DNA of 64,000 bases from Cytophagaceae bacterium SCN 52-12 (GTDB lineage: Bacteria > Bacteroidota > Bacteroidia > Cytophagales > Spirosomataceae): contig MEDT01000038.1 in the NCBI GenBank assembly GCA_001724175.1, positions 48,078 through 112,077 of the forward strand. Reading direction: 5' to 3'. The position numbers and the translations under genes are program-made. Each line of letters begins with the position of its first letter. Within the stretch, counting starts at the first letter, position 1. Under the pieces are notes generated by a model. That model did no database searches. It was not told where the DNA came from and saw nothing but the letters and a program-made list of their open reading frames with translations. Positions 30,813 to 39,429 of the stretch are shown here, in pieces.

Positions 30813-30854
30813 CCCTGTGCGTTCTCTGTGCTCTTCGTGGCTCTGTGGTTAAAA
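30813..30854. repeat. Degenerate CTCTGTG repeat cluster
   Basis: CCCTGTG, CTCTGTG, CTTCGTG and CTCTGTG at 8-11 nt period, ending GTTAAAA. Confidence 0.65.
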
Positions 30855-30891
30855 CACTCCGGACAGGTCCGTAGCCAATATAGGTGGTACC

Positions 30892-31473
30892 TCAGGCTTT
30901 AAACAACCGGAAGCTTTTCCGGTGGTACGGCGTAATGCCGAATTCAAGCAGCGCTCTTCTATGGGCAATTGTCGGATATCCGACATTGTGTTCCCAGCCG
31001 TACTGCGGGTATTCTCTCGCAAGGTCGCCCATTAGCCGGTCCCGGTAGTTCTTGGCCAGGACAGAAGCCGCCGCTATAGAGCAATACTGCGAATCGCCCT
31101 TGACGATGCAGGTATGAGGCAGCATCGGGTAAGGCGTAAACCGGTTGCCGTCGACAAGTAGGTGCTCCGGCGCCGTCTTCAAACGGTCGACAGCCCTGTG
31201 CATAGCCAGGAAACTGGCTTTCAGGATGTTGATCCTGTCGATCTCCTCGTGCGAGACCTCTGCGATCGCCCAGTCGACCGCCTCCCTGATGATATCCTCC
31301 CCTATCAGCATCCGCTGCTGCGCGGTAAGCTGCTTGGAATCATTCAGGAGTCCGTGCGAGTAGTCGGCCGGGAGGATCACCGCCGCAGCCACCACCGGTC
31401 CTGCCAGGCAGCCGCGCCCGACCTCGTCGAGCCCTGCTTCTACATACCTGCTGTTATAACACGATTTAAGCAT
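30892..31473 (-). CDS. rnhB: Ribonuclease HII
   Basis: [42 protein letters not shown]. Confidence 0.97.
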   Translation of the reverse strand: MLKSCYNSRYVEAGLDEVGRGCLAGPVVAAAVILPADYSHGLLNDSKQLTAQQRMLIGEDIIREAVDWAIAEVSHEEIDRINILKASFLAMHRAVDRLKTAPEHLLVDGNRFTPYPMLPHTCIVKGDSQYCSIAAASVLAKNYRDRLMGDLAREYPQYGWEHNVGYPTIAHRRALLEFGITPYHRKSFRLFKA

Positions 31474-32444
31474 CAGTCTTCCAATACATTAGACATAAAA
31501 GTACTTTTCAGGCCCAGCGAAATAATGACGAGCACGATCGCCCACATCAGGTAAACCCTGTAAAAGTCCTTTACCTCGCTGTAAACAGAGTCCCTGTATT
31601 TGACTTTTTCCAACTGGTTGATTTGTGAAAAAACCTTCTCAAGAGCAGAGTTGTCCGTCGCCCGGTAATACTGGTTTTCGGAGGCGATGCGCTGCAGCCC
31701 GTCGCCCGGCGCCTCTGCCGATCGCCCCACAGCGATGCTGTATATCCTTATGCCATAGGCTTCCGCAAGCCGCGACATGGTGTAGGGATCGAGATTCCCC
31801 GAGGTATTATCGCCGTCGCTCAGCAGGATGATCACCTTACTGTTGCTTTTTGAATCCCGCATCCTGTTGGTCGCTACCGCGATCGCGCTCCCTATCGCAG
31901 TGCCTGCTTCCTGTATCATACCGGTCCGGAGATCTTCTATGTACTGGTTTAAGAGCTCGTAATCGGTAGTCAGCGGGCATAGCGAAAAAGCTTCGCCCGC
32001 AAAAATAACCAGGCCGATCCGGTCCTGGACCCTGTTTTCGATGAATCTCCTGGCAACGCCTTTGGCTGCCGTCAGCCTGTCGGGCAGCAGATCCCGCTCC
32101 AGCATGGACTCGGAAATGTCTATGGCCAGGACAATGTCGATCCCTTCCGAAAACCGGTCTACCTGGCTGGTCACCGTCTGGGGTCTTGCCACCGCCACGA
32201 TACCCAGCGCAAGCGCTGCAGCGTACAGTACGGGAGGAACGAGGCGGAGAAGCGTGACCCAGTTCATGAAATGACTTCCGGGCAGACTGGAGATCTTTAT
32301 ATACTGCTTGTCTCTCTGGTGGAGCGCGCTGCGTAACAAAAATAACACGGGAACCGCCGGCAGCAGGTACAGAAGCTGCGGATATTCCCACCGCAGATTC
32401 CGGATCCAGTTCCAGTCAAACCATTGTAAAGAAAGCCACTCCAT
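31473..32444 (-). CDS. vWA-domain membrane protein (BatA-like)
   Basis: N-terminal BatA-type TMs, ARPQ, DISESM MIDAS, GTAIG, LLSDG. Confidence 0.88.
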   Translation of the reverse strand: MEWLSLQWFDWNWIRNLRWEYPQLLYLLPAVPVLFLLRSALHQRDKQYIKISSLPGSHFMNWVTLLRLVPPVLYAAALALGIVAVARPQTVTSQVDRFSEGIDIVLAIDISESMLERDLLPDRLTAAKGVARRFIENRVQDRIGLVIFAGEAFSLCPLTTDYELLNQYIEDLRTGMIQEAGTAIGSAIAVATNRMRDSKSNSKVIILLSDGDNTSGNLDPYTMSRLAEAYGIRIYSIAVGRSAEAPGDGLQRIASENQYYRATDNSALEKVFSQINQLEKVKYRDSVYSEVKDFYRVYLMWAIVLVIISLGLKSTFMSNVLED

Positions 32445-32458
32445 TCTAAACTCTTTCT

Positions 32459-33412
32459 TTAAACAGGCGTGTTTACCCCTATTATACTTCTCCTTTTATT
32501 GATATACAGCGTCTGAGCCACATTATTGAGCGTCAGCAATGAATTTCCCATATCTTCCGATTGCGCAGAAAAGCCATATATCACCTTATCGGTTTCTTTC
32601 AGCGCTTCGCTCAGGGAAGTATCCGAAATATTGTCCGAGATCTCGCGGGTCGTAAATGTCGTAAAAGGTTTGTTTTCCAGGCGCTCCAGGTAATTTTTCC
32701 ACAAGATCAAAGCTTTCTCGACATCCTGTATGCTTCCCCTGTTCTTTGCATTGAGGAAGTGCCGGTTAAACCCGCGGGTAAATTCCCTGTGCCTCCTTTG
32801 CAGGCGGAATACTTTCCATTGCCGGCTGATTCTTTCCCCGAACAGCCAGTTCACCAGGAAAGCCGTAACGGCAGCGATCAACAGCCCGCCCAGCAAAGCC
32901 GGGTAATTCAGCCTTTCCTTTACTGCCACCAGCTCGGGCCTGCTGGTCAGGGCGAGCGTATCCAGCCTGGCTCTGTCGACCGACAAAGCGACAAACCCGG
33001 TGTCTTTGGCCGGGTAAACCGCGGTACAATCCTTCCCGTTCCATACAAATACCGGCAGCGCTATTTCTATCACCGGCGTCACCTCGAAAGATACAAGATG
33101 GTAAACAGCGCTGTCCAGGCTTCCTCTTTTATCGGTACGGGTGCTGAATACCTCCTGGCTGCGGAACCCGAAAGGCGAAAAATTATAGGTGGAATCGGGG
33201 AAAAACACCTCTTCTCCGGAAGGATGGCGATAGCTCAGGCTATAGGAGAATGTCTCGCCGGTACGTACCGTATCCCGGTCGATCCGGCCTGAAGGAGCCG
33301 CCTTCTCCTGCCCTCCGGCCGGAACAGCCGGTAGGAGCCACATAAGCAGCGCCGCCAAACATACCGCATTCACCCTGAAAATCAACCTGTATACAGGAAA
33401 AGCCTGCTTCAT
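32459..33412 (-). CDS. Bat-operon-associated membrane protein (hypothetical)
   Basis: Signal peptide, Ig-like region, one TM and a TTREI motif; lies between DUF58 and BatA-like genes. Confidence 0.6.
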   Translation of the reverse strand: MKQAFPVYRLIFRVNAVCLAALLMWLLPAVPAGGQEKAAPSGRIDRDTVRTGETFSYSLSYRHPSGEEVFFPDSTYNFSPFGFRSQEVFSTRTDKRGSLDSAVYHLVSFEVTPVIEIALPVFVWNGKDCTAVYPAKDTGFVALSVDRARLDTLALTSRPELVAVKERLNYPALLGGLLIAAVTAFLVNWLFGERISRQWKVFRLQRRHREFTRGFNRHFLNAKNRGSIQDVEKALILWKNYLERLENKPFTTFTTREISDNISDTSLSEALKETDKVIYGFSAQSEDMGNSLLTLNNVAQTLYINKRRSIIGVNTPV

Positions 33413-33423
33413 CTGGTAGGTTC

Positions 33424-34314
33424 TTATTTACTGGCAGATCGTTCTTTCTGATAACGACGGACCCTGAAAAGGCGGATAAGCAACGGCACAAAATCTTCCG
33501 AAGACTCCACCGCAAGGTAATCTGCCTTGTTTTGCCGGCATATCCTTTCCAGGCTTTTTTTTCTTTCCTGGAACTGCTCGGCGACCGCACTCCGGAAAAA
33601 CGGGGACGACGTGTTGACCCAGCTTTTCTCGCCCGTTTCTACATTGAGAACGGGAATAATTCCCATTGCCGGCACCTCCTGCTCGTACTTGTCATAAAGA
33701 TTAATAACGATCAGGTCGTGCTTCCTTGCCATCGCTTTTAAATGGAGCTCATACCCGCTGTCGACGAAGTCGGATATCAGGAAAATCAACGATCGCCGGT
33801 TGAGCATCTCCAGCGCGTGGAGGATAGTCCGGCTCAGGTTGGTCTTTTTAGAAGCCGGCTCCAGATTATAGAGAGAAGAGATGATGCGGTAGGCTTGCTT
33901 CATTCCTCCGCCGGGCCTTAAATAGCGCTCGTTCTGGTCAGAAAAGCATTGCAAACCGACCTGGCTGGCTTCTTTCACTGCTGCCAGCGTCAGGACGCCG
34001 CATATTTCACGCGCAGTATCTATTTTCTGCCGCTGGGGCGTTCCCACCTGCTGGGATCCGCTCACATCCAAAAGAAAAAACACGGTCTGCTCTTTTTCCT
34101 CCCTGAAAAGCTTGATATAGGTACCATGACCTTTGGCGGAAGAATTCCAGTCGATCGCCCGGATATCGTCTCCATACTGGTACTGTCTCAAATCCGAGAA
34201 ATCAAGGCCTGAACCTTTGAATACCGAGTGAAAGTTTCCCTGCCGCGGATTGTTGACAGCTTTCCTGATACGTATTTCGTATCTATGCAACCTGGAAAGA
34301 AACTGCCTGAACAT
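33424..34314 (-). CDS. DUF58 protein
   Basis: HSVFKGSGLDF, RQYQYGDDIRAIDWN, LDVSGS, ISDF. Confidence 0.93.
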   Translation of the reverse strand: MFRQFLSRLHRYEIRIRKAVNNPRQGNFHSVFKGSGLDFSDLRQYQYGDDIRAIDWNSSAKGHGTYIKLFREEKEQTVFFLLDVSGSQQVGTPQRQKIDTAREICGVLTLAAVKEASQVGLQCFSDQNERYLRPGGGMKQAYRIISSLYNLEPASKKTNLSRTILHALEMLNRRSLIFLISDFVDSGYELHLKAMARKHDLIVINLYDKYEQEVPAMGIIPVLNVETGEKSWVNTSSPFFRSAVAEQFQERKKSLERICRQNKADYLAVESSEDFVPLLIRLFRVRRYQKERSASK

Positions 34315-34363
34315 CGGAAACAGATTTTTCTGAAAAATTCACCAATTTTGCGTACTTTGACTG

Positions 34364-34371
34364 CAAAGATA
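34364..34371 (-). promoter_or_regulatory. Bacteroidota -7 element (TATCTTTG) for the DUF58 operon
   Basis: CAAAGATA on +, ~50 nt upstream of the DUF58 start. Confidence 0.55.
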
Positions 34372-34388
34372 GCCGATATACCACAGCA

Positions 34389-34730
34389 ATGCGAACAATC
34401 AAGTGGGCCGTAATGCTCATCTTTTTATCCTGTAACGAAAATTCCAAACCTCCCAAAGACATCCTGGGCCGGGAAAAAATGGCTGAGATCCTGGCTGACA
34501 TCCATATGGCCGAATCGCGGGTATCCAAGATGAACCTGCGTTCCATGGATTCGTCGGTAGTCGTTTTCAGCAAGCTGCAGCAGGACATATGGGCTAAATA
34601 CGAAGTCGATTCATCCCTATACAACAAAAGCTATTCCTATTATGCTTCCAACCCGGAAGCGATGAACAGCCTCTATGAAATAGTAACTCAAAAACTGGAA
34701 AAAACCGACACCACCTCCGTAAAACAATAA
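34389..34730 (+). CDS. DUF4296 lipoprotein
   Basis: Lipobox FLSC, KMAEILADIH.AE, SYSYY. Confidence 0.8.
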   Translation: MRTIKWAVMLIFLSCNENSKPPKDILGREKMAEILADIHMAESRVSKMNLRSMDSSVVVFSKLQQDIWAKYEVDSSLYNKSYSYYASNPEAMNSLYEIVTQKLEKTDTTSVKQ

Positions 34731-34752
34731 CCAATACCGAAGACATCGTGTT

Positions 34753-35502
34753 ATGAATCGTTCCCTGGTAATTATACCTACTTACAATGAGATTGAAAAT
34801 ATACATGCCATTATAGAAAAGGTATTCAGCCTGGCAATACCATTTGACCTTCTCATTATCGACGACGGCTCGCCTGACGGAACAGCCCGGGCCGTCAGGG
34901 AGATGCAGCATACCTACCGGGAGCGGCTCCATTTGCTCGAAAGAGCCGGTAAGCAGGGGCTCGGAACCGCCTATATCCTGGGTTTCAGATGGGCGCTTCA
35001 ACATGGATACGACTATATATTCGAGATGGACGCCGATTTTTCCCATAACCCGGAAGATCTCGTCAGGCTGCATCACGCCTGCCACGACGAAGGCTATGAC
35101 CTGGCCATCGGGTCGAGGTATGTTACAGGGGTAAATGTCGTGAACTGGCCTATACAGCGGGTCCTGCTGTCCTATTTTGCAGGCACCTATGTCCGGGCCG
35201 TTACCTCGATGCCGGTGATGGATCCCACTGCCGGATTCGTCTGTTACAGGCGGAGCGTCCTCGAGACCATCAACCTGGATAAGATCCGCTTTGTAGGCTA
35301 CGCTTTCCAGATCGAGATGAAGTTCAATACCTGGAAGCACGGGTTCAAGATCAGGGAAGTGCCCATCATTTTCACAGACCGGACGCAGGGCAACTCCAAG
35401 ATGTCGAGAGGAATTTTCAAAGAAGCCGTCTTCGGCGTGATCAACCTGAAGATCAAAAGCATGTTTACCAGCTTCAAGCCCGTAAAAGAGCAAATATCCT
35501 AA
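34753..35502 (+). CDS. Polyprenol monophosphomannose synthase (DPM1-like GT2)
   Basis: IPTYNE, DDGSPDGT, GLGTAY, EMDADFSH, GSRY, GYAFQIE, SKMS. Confidence 0.9.
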   Translation: MNRSLVIIPTYNEIENIHAIIEKVFSLAIPFDLLIIDDGSPDGTARAVREMQHTYRERLHLLERAGKQGLGTAYILGFRWALQHGYDYIFEMDADFSHNPEDLVRLHHACHDEGYDLAIGSRYVTGVNVVNWPIQRVLLSYFAGTYVRAVTSMPVMDPTAGFVCYRRSVLETINLDKIRFVGYAFQIEMKFNTWKHGFKIREVPIIFTDRTQGNSKMSRGIFKEAVFGVINLKIKSMFTSFKPVKEQIS

Positions 35503-35522
35503 GCTGACCGGAAACCCGCCCC

Positions 35523-36740
35523 CTACGCAGGATATTCGTGGGGAAGCGGCTCGTCGATGCGCTCATTCCACGGCAGTCCGTGTACATTGAGCTTCTCCAT
35601 AAACGGATCCGGATTCAGCTCTTCGCAATTCCATACACCCGGCTTCATCCATTCGGGATTGGTCAGCATCAGCATGGCGCCGATCATGGCCGGCACGCCG
35701 GTGGTGTAGCTCACCGCCTGGCCCCGAACCTCTTTATAGGTTTCGGCATGGTCGCAATTGTTCCAGACGTAATAAGTCCTGTCTTTCCCGTCTTTAACCC
35801 CTTTTATCTGCACGCCGATAGAGGTTTGCCCCTGGTAATTTTCGCCCAGCGTATCGGGAGCCGGCAATACCGCCTTCAGAAATTCCAGCGGCACTATATC
35901 AATCCCTTTAAAGCTGACGGGCTCGATGCTGGTCATCCCTACGTTCTGAAGCACGTTGAGGTGCGTAATGTACTGTTGCCCGAAGGTCATCCAGAAACGC
36001 GCCCGCTTCAGGGTAGGGAAATTCTTCACCAGCGATTCGAGCTCTTCATGATAAAGCACATAGCTTTCCTTCGGCCCTATACCCGGGTAGTCGATAGGCT
36101 TGTGCACAGACATGGCAGGGATTTCCACCCATTCGCCGTTTTCCCAGTACCTTCCCGGCTGCGTAATTTCCCTGATGTTGATCTCCGGGTTAAAATTGGT
36201 AGCAAAAGCCTTCCCATGATCTCCCGCGTTGCAGTCGATGATGTCGAGGTAATGCATCTCGTCAAAATAGTGCTTATTGGCATAGGATGTGAACACCTGG
36301 GTGACGCCGGGATCGAAGCCGCACCCCAGCAACGCCATCAGCCCGGCTTCTTTAAACCTTTCCTGGTAGGCCCACTGCCAGCTGTATTCGAATTTGGCTA
36401 CATCTTTCGGCTCATAGTTGGCTGTGTCGAGATAATGAACGCCTGTTTCCAGGCATGCTTCCATCAGGGTAAGGTCCTGGTACGGAAGCGCGACATTGAT
36501 CAAAAGAGCGGGTTTGAACTTTTTGATCAGCATAACCGTCTCCGCTACGATATCGGCATCTACCTGTGCCGTGCTGATCGTAACGCCATGCATGCTCTTA
36601 ATTTCCGCCGCGATCTTCTCACACTTCGACAGCGTCCTGCTTGCCAGCATGATTTCCGTAAAAACGTCTGAATTCATAGCGCATTTGTGCGCCGCCACAC
36701 TGCCAACCCCGCCCGCTCCGATGATAAGTACCTTCGACAT
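35523..36740 (-). CDS. Saccharopine dehydrogenase family; carboxy(nor)spermidine dehydrogenase-like
   Basis: IGAGGVG, NVALPYQDL, YLDTANYE, GCGFDPG, DCNAGDHG, FATNFNPEINIRE, QAVSYTTGVP. Confidence 0.88.
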   Translation of the reverse strand: MSKVLIIGAGGVGSVAAHKCAMNSDVFTEIMLASRTLSKCEKIAAEIKSMHGVTISTAQVDADIVAETVMLIKKFKPALLINVALPYQDLTLMEACLETGVHYLDTANYEPKDVAKFEYSWQWAYQERFKEAGLMALLGCGFDPGVTQVFTSYANKHYFDEMHYLDIIDCNAGDHGKAFATNFNPEINIREITQPGRYWENGEWVEIPAMSVHKPIDYPGIGPKESYVLYHEELESLVKNFPTLKRARFWMTFGQQYITHLNVLQNVGMTSIEPVSFKGIDIVPLEFLKAVLPAPDTLGENYQGQTSIGVQIKGVKDGKDRTYYVWNNCDHAETYKEVRGQAVSYTTGVPAMIGAMLMLTNPEWMKPGVWNCEELNPDPFMEKLNVHGLPWNERIDEPLPHEYPA

Positions 36741-36822
36741 GCAATCGCTTTAAGTTTATTATTGCTTAGTTACAAATTCTCTAAAAATACCATTCTTCAC
36801 AGTAATATTCCCGCTCATCCTG

Positions 36823-36830
36823 CAAATATA
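36823..36830 (-). promoter_or_regulatory. Bacteroidota -7 element (TATATTTG) inside a short inverted repeat
   Basis: CAAATATA on +, flanked by CATCCT and AGGATG. Confidence 0.55.
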
Positions 36831-36885
36831 GGATGCACGCCCATAATTTTCGAACTTAGTCCTGTTATCAGGTTATGAATCATCG

Positions 36886-37359
36886 ATGGAAGCACTATTG
36901 CTCATTCTTGGCGTTACCGCTTTGCTCGCCGGGCTGGCTGGCGCAGTATTGCCTATTCCCGGACCTCCGCTGAGCTTCCTGGGGTTATTATTGCTGCACT
37001 GGAGCGGCTACGCCACTTTCAGCGGCCCGGTATTGTGGTCATTGGGGATAGCTACCGCCATCATCGCCGTGCTGGACTATTATATTCCTGTATATGGAAC
37101 AAAGAAGTTCGGAGGGAGCCGGTACGGCAGCATCGGTACCGTAGCAGGCATGCTGGCCGGGCTTTTCGTATTTCCCGGCATAGGACTGTTTTTAGGCGCA
37201 TTCCTCGGCGCTTTTTTCGGGGAGCTGCTGGGTCGCGCCCCGTGGCGCCTGGCTTTGAAAGCGGCAATAGGTTCTTTCCTCGGGTTCGTCACCGGCATCG
37301 TCATGAAGGTAGCGCTCTGCCTGGTGATGATCGCTTATGCCATTGCTGCTTTTTTGTAG
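36886..37359 (+). CDS. DUF456 membrane protein
   Basis: PIPGPPL, GTKKFGGSR, GAFLGAFFGEL. Confidence 0.88.
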   Translation: MEALLLILGVTALLAGLAGAVLPIPGPPLSFLGLLLLHWSGYATFSGPVLWSLGIATAIIAVLDYYIPVYGTKKFGGSRYGSIGTVAGMLAGLFVFPGIGLFLGAFLGAFFGELLGRAPWRLALKAAIGSFLGFVTGIVMKVALCLVMIAYAIAAFL

Positions 37360-37371
37360 GATTCAAGCCAT

Positions 37372-37406
37372 TCATAATTCATAATTCATAACTCATCATT
37401 CATCTC
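37372..37406 (-). repeat. Heptamer tandem array (ATTATGA-type) starting at the ruvX stop codon
   Basis: On the minus strand: GAGATGA ATGATGA GTTATGA ATTATGA ATTATGA. Confidence 0.88.
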
Positions 37407-37813
37407 CGGCTTTCCATAAAGGACTGGAGGATGATCGCAGCGCTGATCTTATCGAGATTGGATTTATCCCGCCGGTCCTTTCTGCTGGCTCCGCCCATTA
37501 CCATCGACTGCATCGCCATGGTCGAGGTGAAGCGTTCGTCATGCTCATAGACAGGTATATCCGCAAATTCCCTGCGCAGCCTTTTTATAGCTCCCCTTAC
37601 CGCCGAGGTACTGTTTGTATCCCGGTTGTCCAGGTCTTTCGGCATGCCGACGACGATGGCTTCCACCGGTTCCTTCTGCAGGTAGTTTTTCAGGAAATCA
37701 AAAAGCTGATGAGTCGGAACCGTTTCCAGAGCCGTGGCAATAATCTGCTGGGGATCCGTTACGGCGATGCCCGTACGCTTCGTTCCGAAATCAATGGCTA
37801 GTAATCTGGGCAT
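37400..37813 (-). CDS. ruvX: YqgF/RuvX pre-16S rRNA nuclease
   Basis: LAIDFGTKRTGIAVTD, VVGMP, DERFTS, DKISAAIILQ. Confidence 0.95.
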   Translation of the reverse strand: MPRLLAIDFGTKRTGIAVTDPQQIIATALETVPTHQLFDFLKNYLQKEPVEAIVVGMPKDLDNRDTNSTSAVRGAIKRLRREFADIPVYEHDERFTSTMAMQSMVMGGASRKDRRDKSNLDKISAAIILQSFMESRR

Positions 37814-37830
37814 GACGAATGGTTTGTCTG

Positions 37831-37871
37831 CAAAGTTAAAAGATACGCAATAGCCCTTTACCTTACTTTTG
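37831..37871. promoter_or_regulatory. Divergent -7 elements: TAACTTTG (-, 37831-37838) and TACTTTTG (+, 37864-37871)
   Basis: Both are exact TAnnTTTG matches just upstream of the divergent starts. Confidence 0.55.
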
Positions 37872-37885
37872 AAATTTCTTCCAGC

Positions 37886-38137
37886 ATGATATTGAATGGA
37901 AAATTTACTAGCTTTTACCGGTCAATAACAGCTGCTGCAGAAGCAGCTATTCACAGACAGATGCTGGAAGATGAGCGAATGCGTCTTTCATCAATAGAGT
38001 TTGCCCTGGCTAAAGGCGAGGCAGATATCCGCGCCGGGCATACGGTTCGCTATACCCCCGGACTTATGAAAGAATCATCAGAAAAAGGCAAAAGAGCTGC
38101 CTTAAAAGGAGATCCGGTAAAAGCTGATGTCAGGTAG
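37886..38137 (+). CDS. ParD-like antitoxin, orphan and possibly degenerate
   Basis: LEDERMRL...ALAKGEADIRAG...YTPGLM resembles the ParD C-terminal half. The N-terminal RHH looks eroded and no toxin follows. Confidence 0.45.
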   Translation: MILNGKFTSFYRSITAAAEAAIHRQMLEDERMRLSSIEFALAKGEADIRAGHTVRYTPGLMKESSEKGKRAALKGDPVKADVR

Positions 38138-38193
38138 TAAGTACATATCTCTCTTTTTATTGTAAGTTTAAGGGTTCTATCTTCCCTTAATGC

Positions 38194-39429
38194 ATGGCCC
38201 TTAACTACATTTTCGTTGCTTTTTTTGGGATAGCTTTCCTGATTGCCCTTTTTCAATTGCTCCTTACCGGCAATACGCAGGCATTCCAGGCTATTGTCGA
38301 CGGTATGCTGGCTATGTCGAAAACAGCCGTGATGGACATCGCTTTGCCGCTTACGGGGATTATGACCTTTTTCCTGGGAATTCTCAATGTAGGCGAAAAG
38401 GCGGGTATTATAGGAAGCCTCGCCAGGTTAATCGGCCCGTTTTTCAACAAGCTCTTTCCCGAAGTTCCCAGGGATCACCCGGCTAACGGCCAGATGATCA
38501 TGAATTTCTCGGCCAACATGCTGGGGCTCGACAATGCAGCGACTCCCTTCGGGCTGAAAGCTATGCAGAGCCTCCAGGAGCTCAATCCCTCCAAGGATAC
38601 CGCCTCCAATGCGCAGATTATGTTTCTGGTGCTGCATACTTCAGGGCTATGCATTATACCGCTTACCATCATTGCCCAAAGGGCGATCCTCGGGGCCACC
38701 AACCCCTCGGATATCTTTATCCCCTGCGTGGTCGGCACCTATATCACGACCGTGGTGAGCATGATCCTGACCGCCTTATGGCAGAAGATCAATCTCTGGA
38801 ACCGCACTTTCCTGACAGGTGTAGGAGGAGCCACCACAGCGATAGCATTGTTCCTATGGTTTCTGGGGGGCCGACCCAAAGAGCAGATAGAGATGATCTC
38901 CGTAGTTGCCGGCAATGCCCTGATCCTTTCGATAGTTGCCGGCTTCCTGCTCTGGGGACTTTACAAAAAAATCAATGTTTTCGATGTCTTTATCGAAGGA
39001 GCCAAGGGCGGCTTTTCGACTGCGGTCACCATCATCCCCTACCTGGTCGGGCTGCTCGTGGCCATCAGCGCGTTCCGCGCCTGCGGCGCTATGGACTATT
39101 TTGTGGATGCGATGCGCTTTATTATTGCCCAGACCGGGCTTAACACGGAATTTACCGATGCCCTGCCGGTAGCCCTGATGCGGCCGCTCAGCGGCAGCGG
39201 CTCAAGGGCGCTGATGATCGAAGCCATGACTACTCACGGACCGGATTCTTTTATCGGGCGTCTTGCCTGTATATTCCAGGGCTCCGCCGATACCACCTTC
39301 TACATCGTAGCGCTCTACTTCGGGTCGGTCGGCATAAAAAATACGCGCTATGCGATCGTGGCCGGACTGCTGGCCGATTCCATCGGCGTTATTACCGCCA
39401 TCTTCCTGGCCTATATGTTTTTTCATTGA
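38194..39429 (+). CDS. Nucleoside-recognition (Gate) domain membrane protein, SpmA-SpmB fusion
   Basis: ANMLGLDNAATPFGLKAM, FIEGAK, RPLSGSG, DTTFY, YFGSVGI. Confidence 0.92.
   Translation: MALNYIFVAFFGIAFLIALFQLLLTGNTQAFQAIVDGMLAMSKTAVMDIALPLTGIMTFFLGILNVGEKAGIIGSLARLIGPFFNKLFPEVPRDHPANGQMIMNFSANMLGLDNAATPFGLKAMQSLQELNPSKDTASNAQIMFLVLHTSGLCIIPLTIIAQRAILGATNPSDIFIPCVVGTYITTVVSMILTALWQKINLWNRTFLTGVGGATTAIALFLWFLGGRPKEQIEMISVVAGNALILSIVAGFLLWGLYKKINVFDVFIEGAKGGFSTAVTIIPYLVGLLVAISAFRACGAMDYFVDAMRFIIAQTGLNTEFTDALPVALMRPLSGSGSRALMIEAMTTHGPDSFIGRLACIFQGSADTTFYIVALYFGSVGIKNTRYAIVAGLLADSIGVITAIFLAYMFFH

Noticed and set aside
30745-30854. Short repeats as a CRISPR array (also 37372 and 60426)
   Set aside because: Units are 7-11 nt with no unique spacers, and there are no cas genes.
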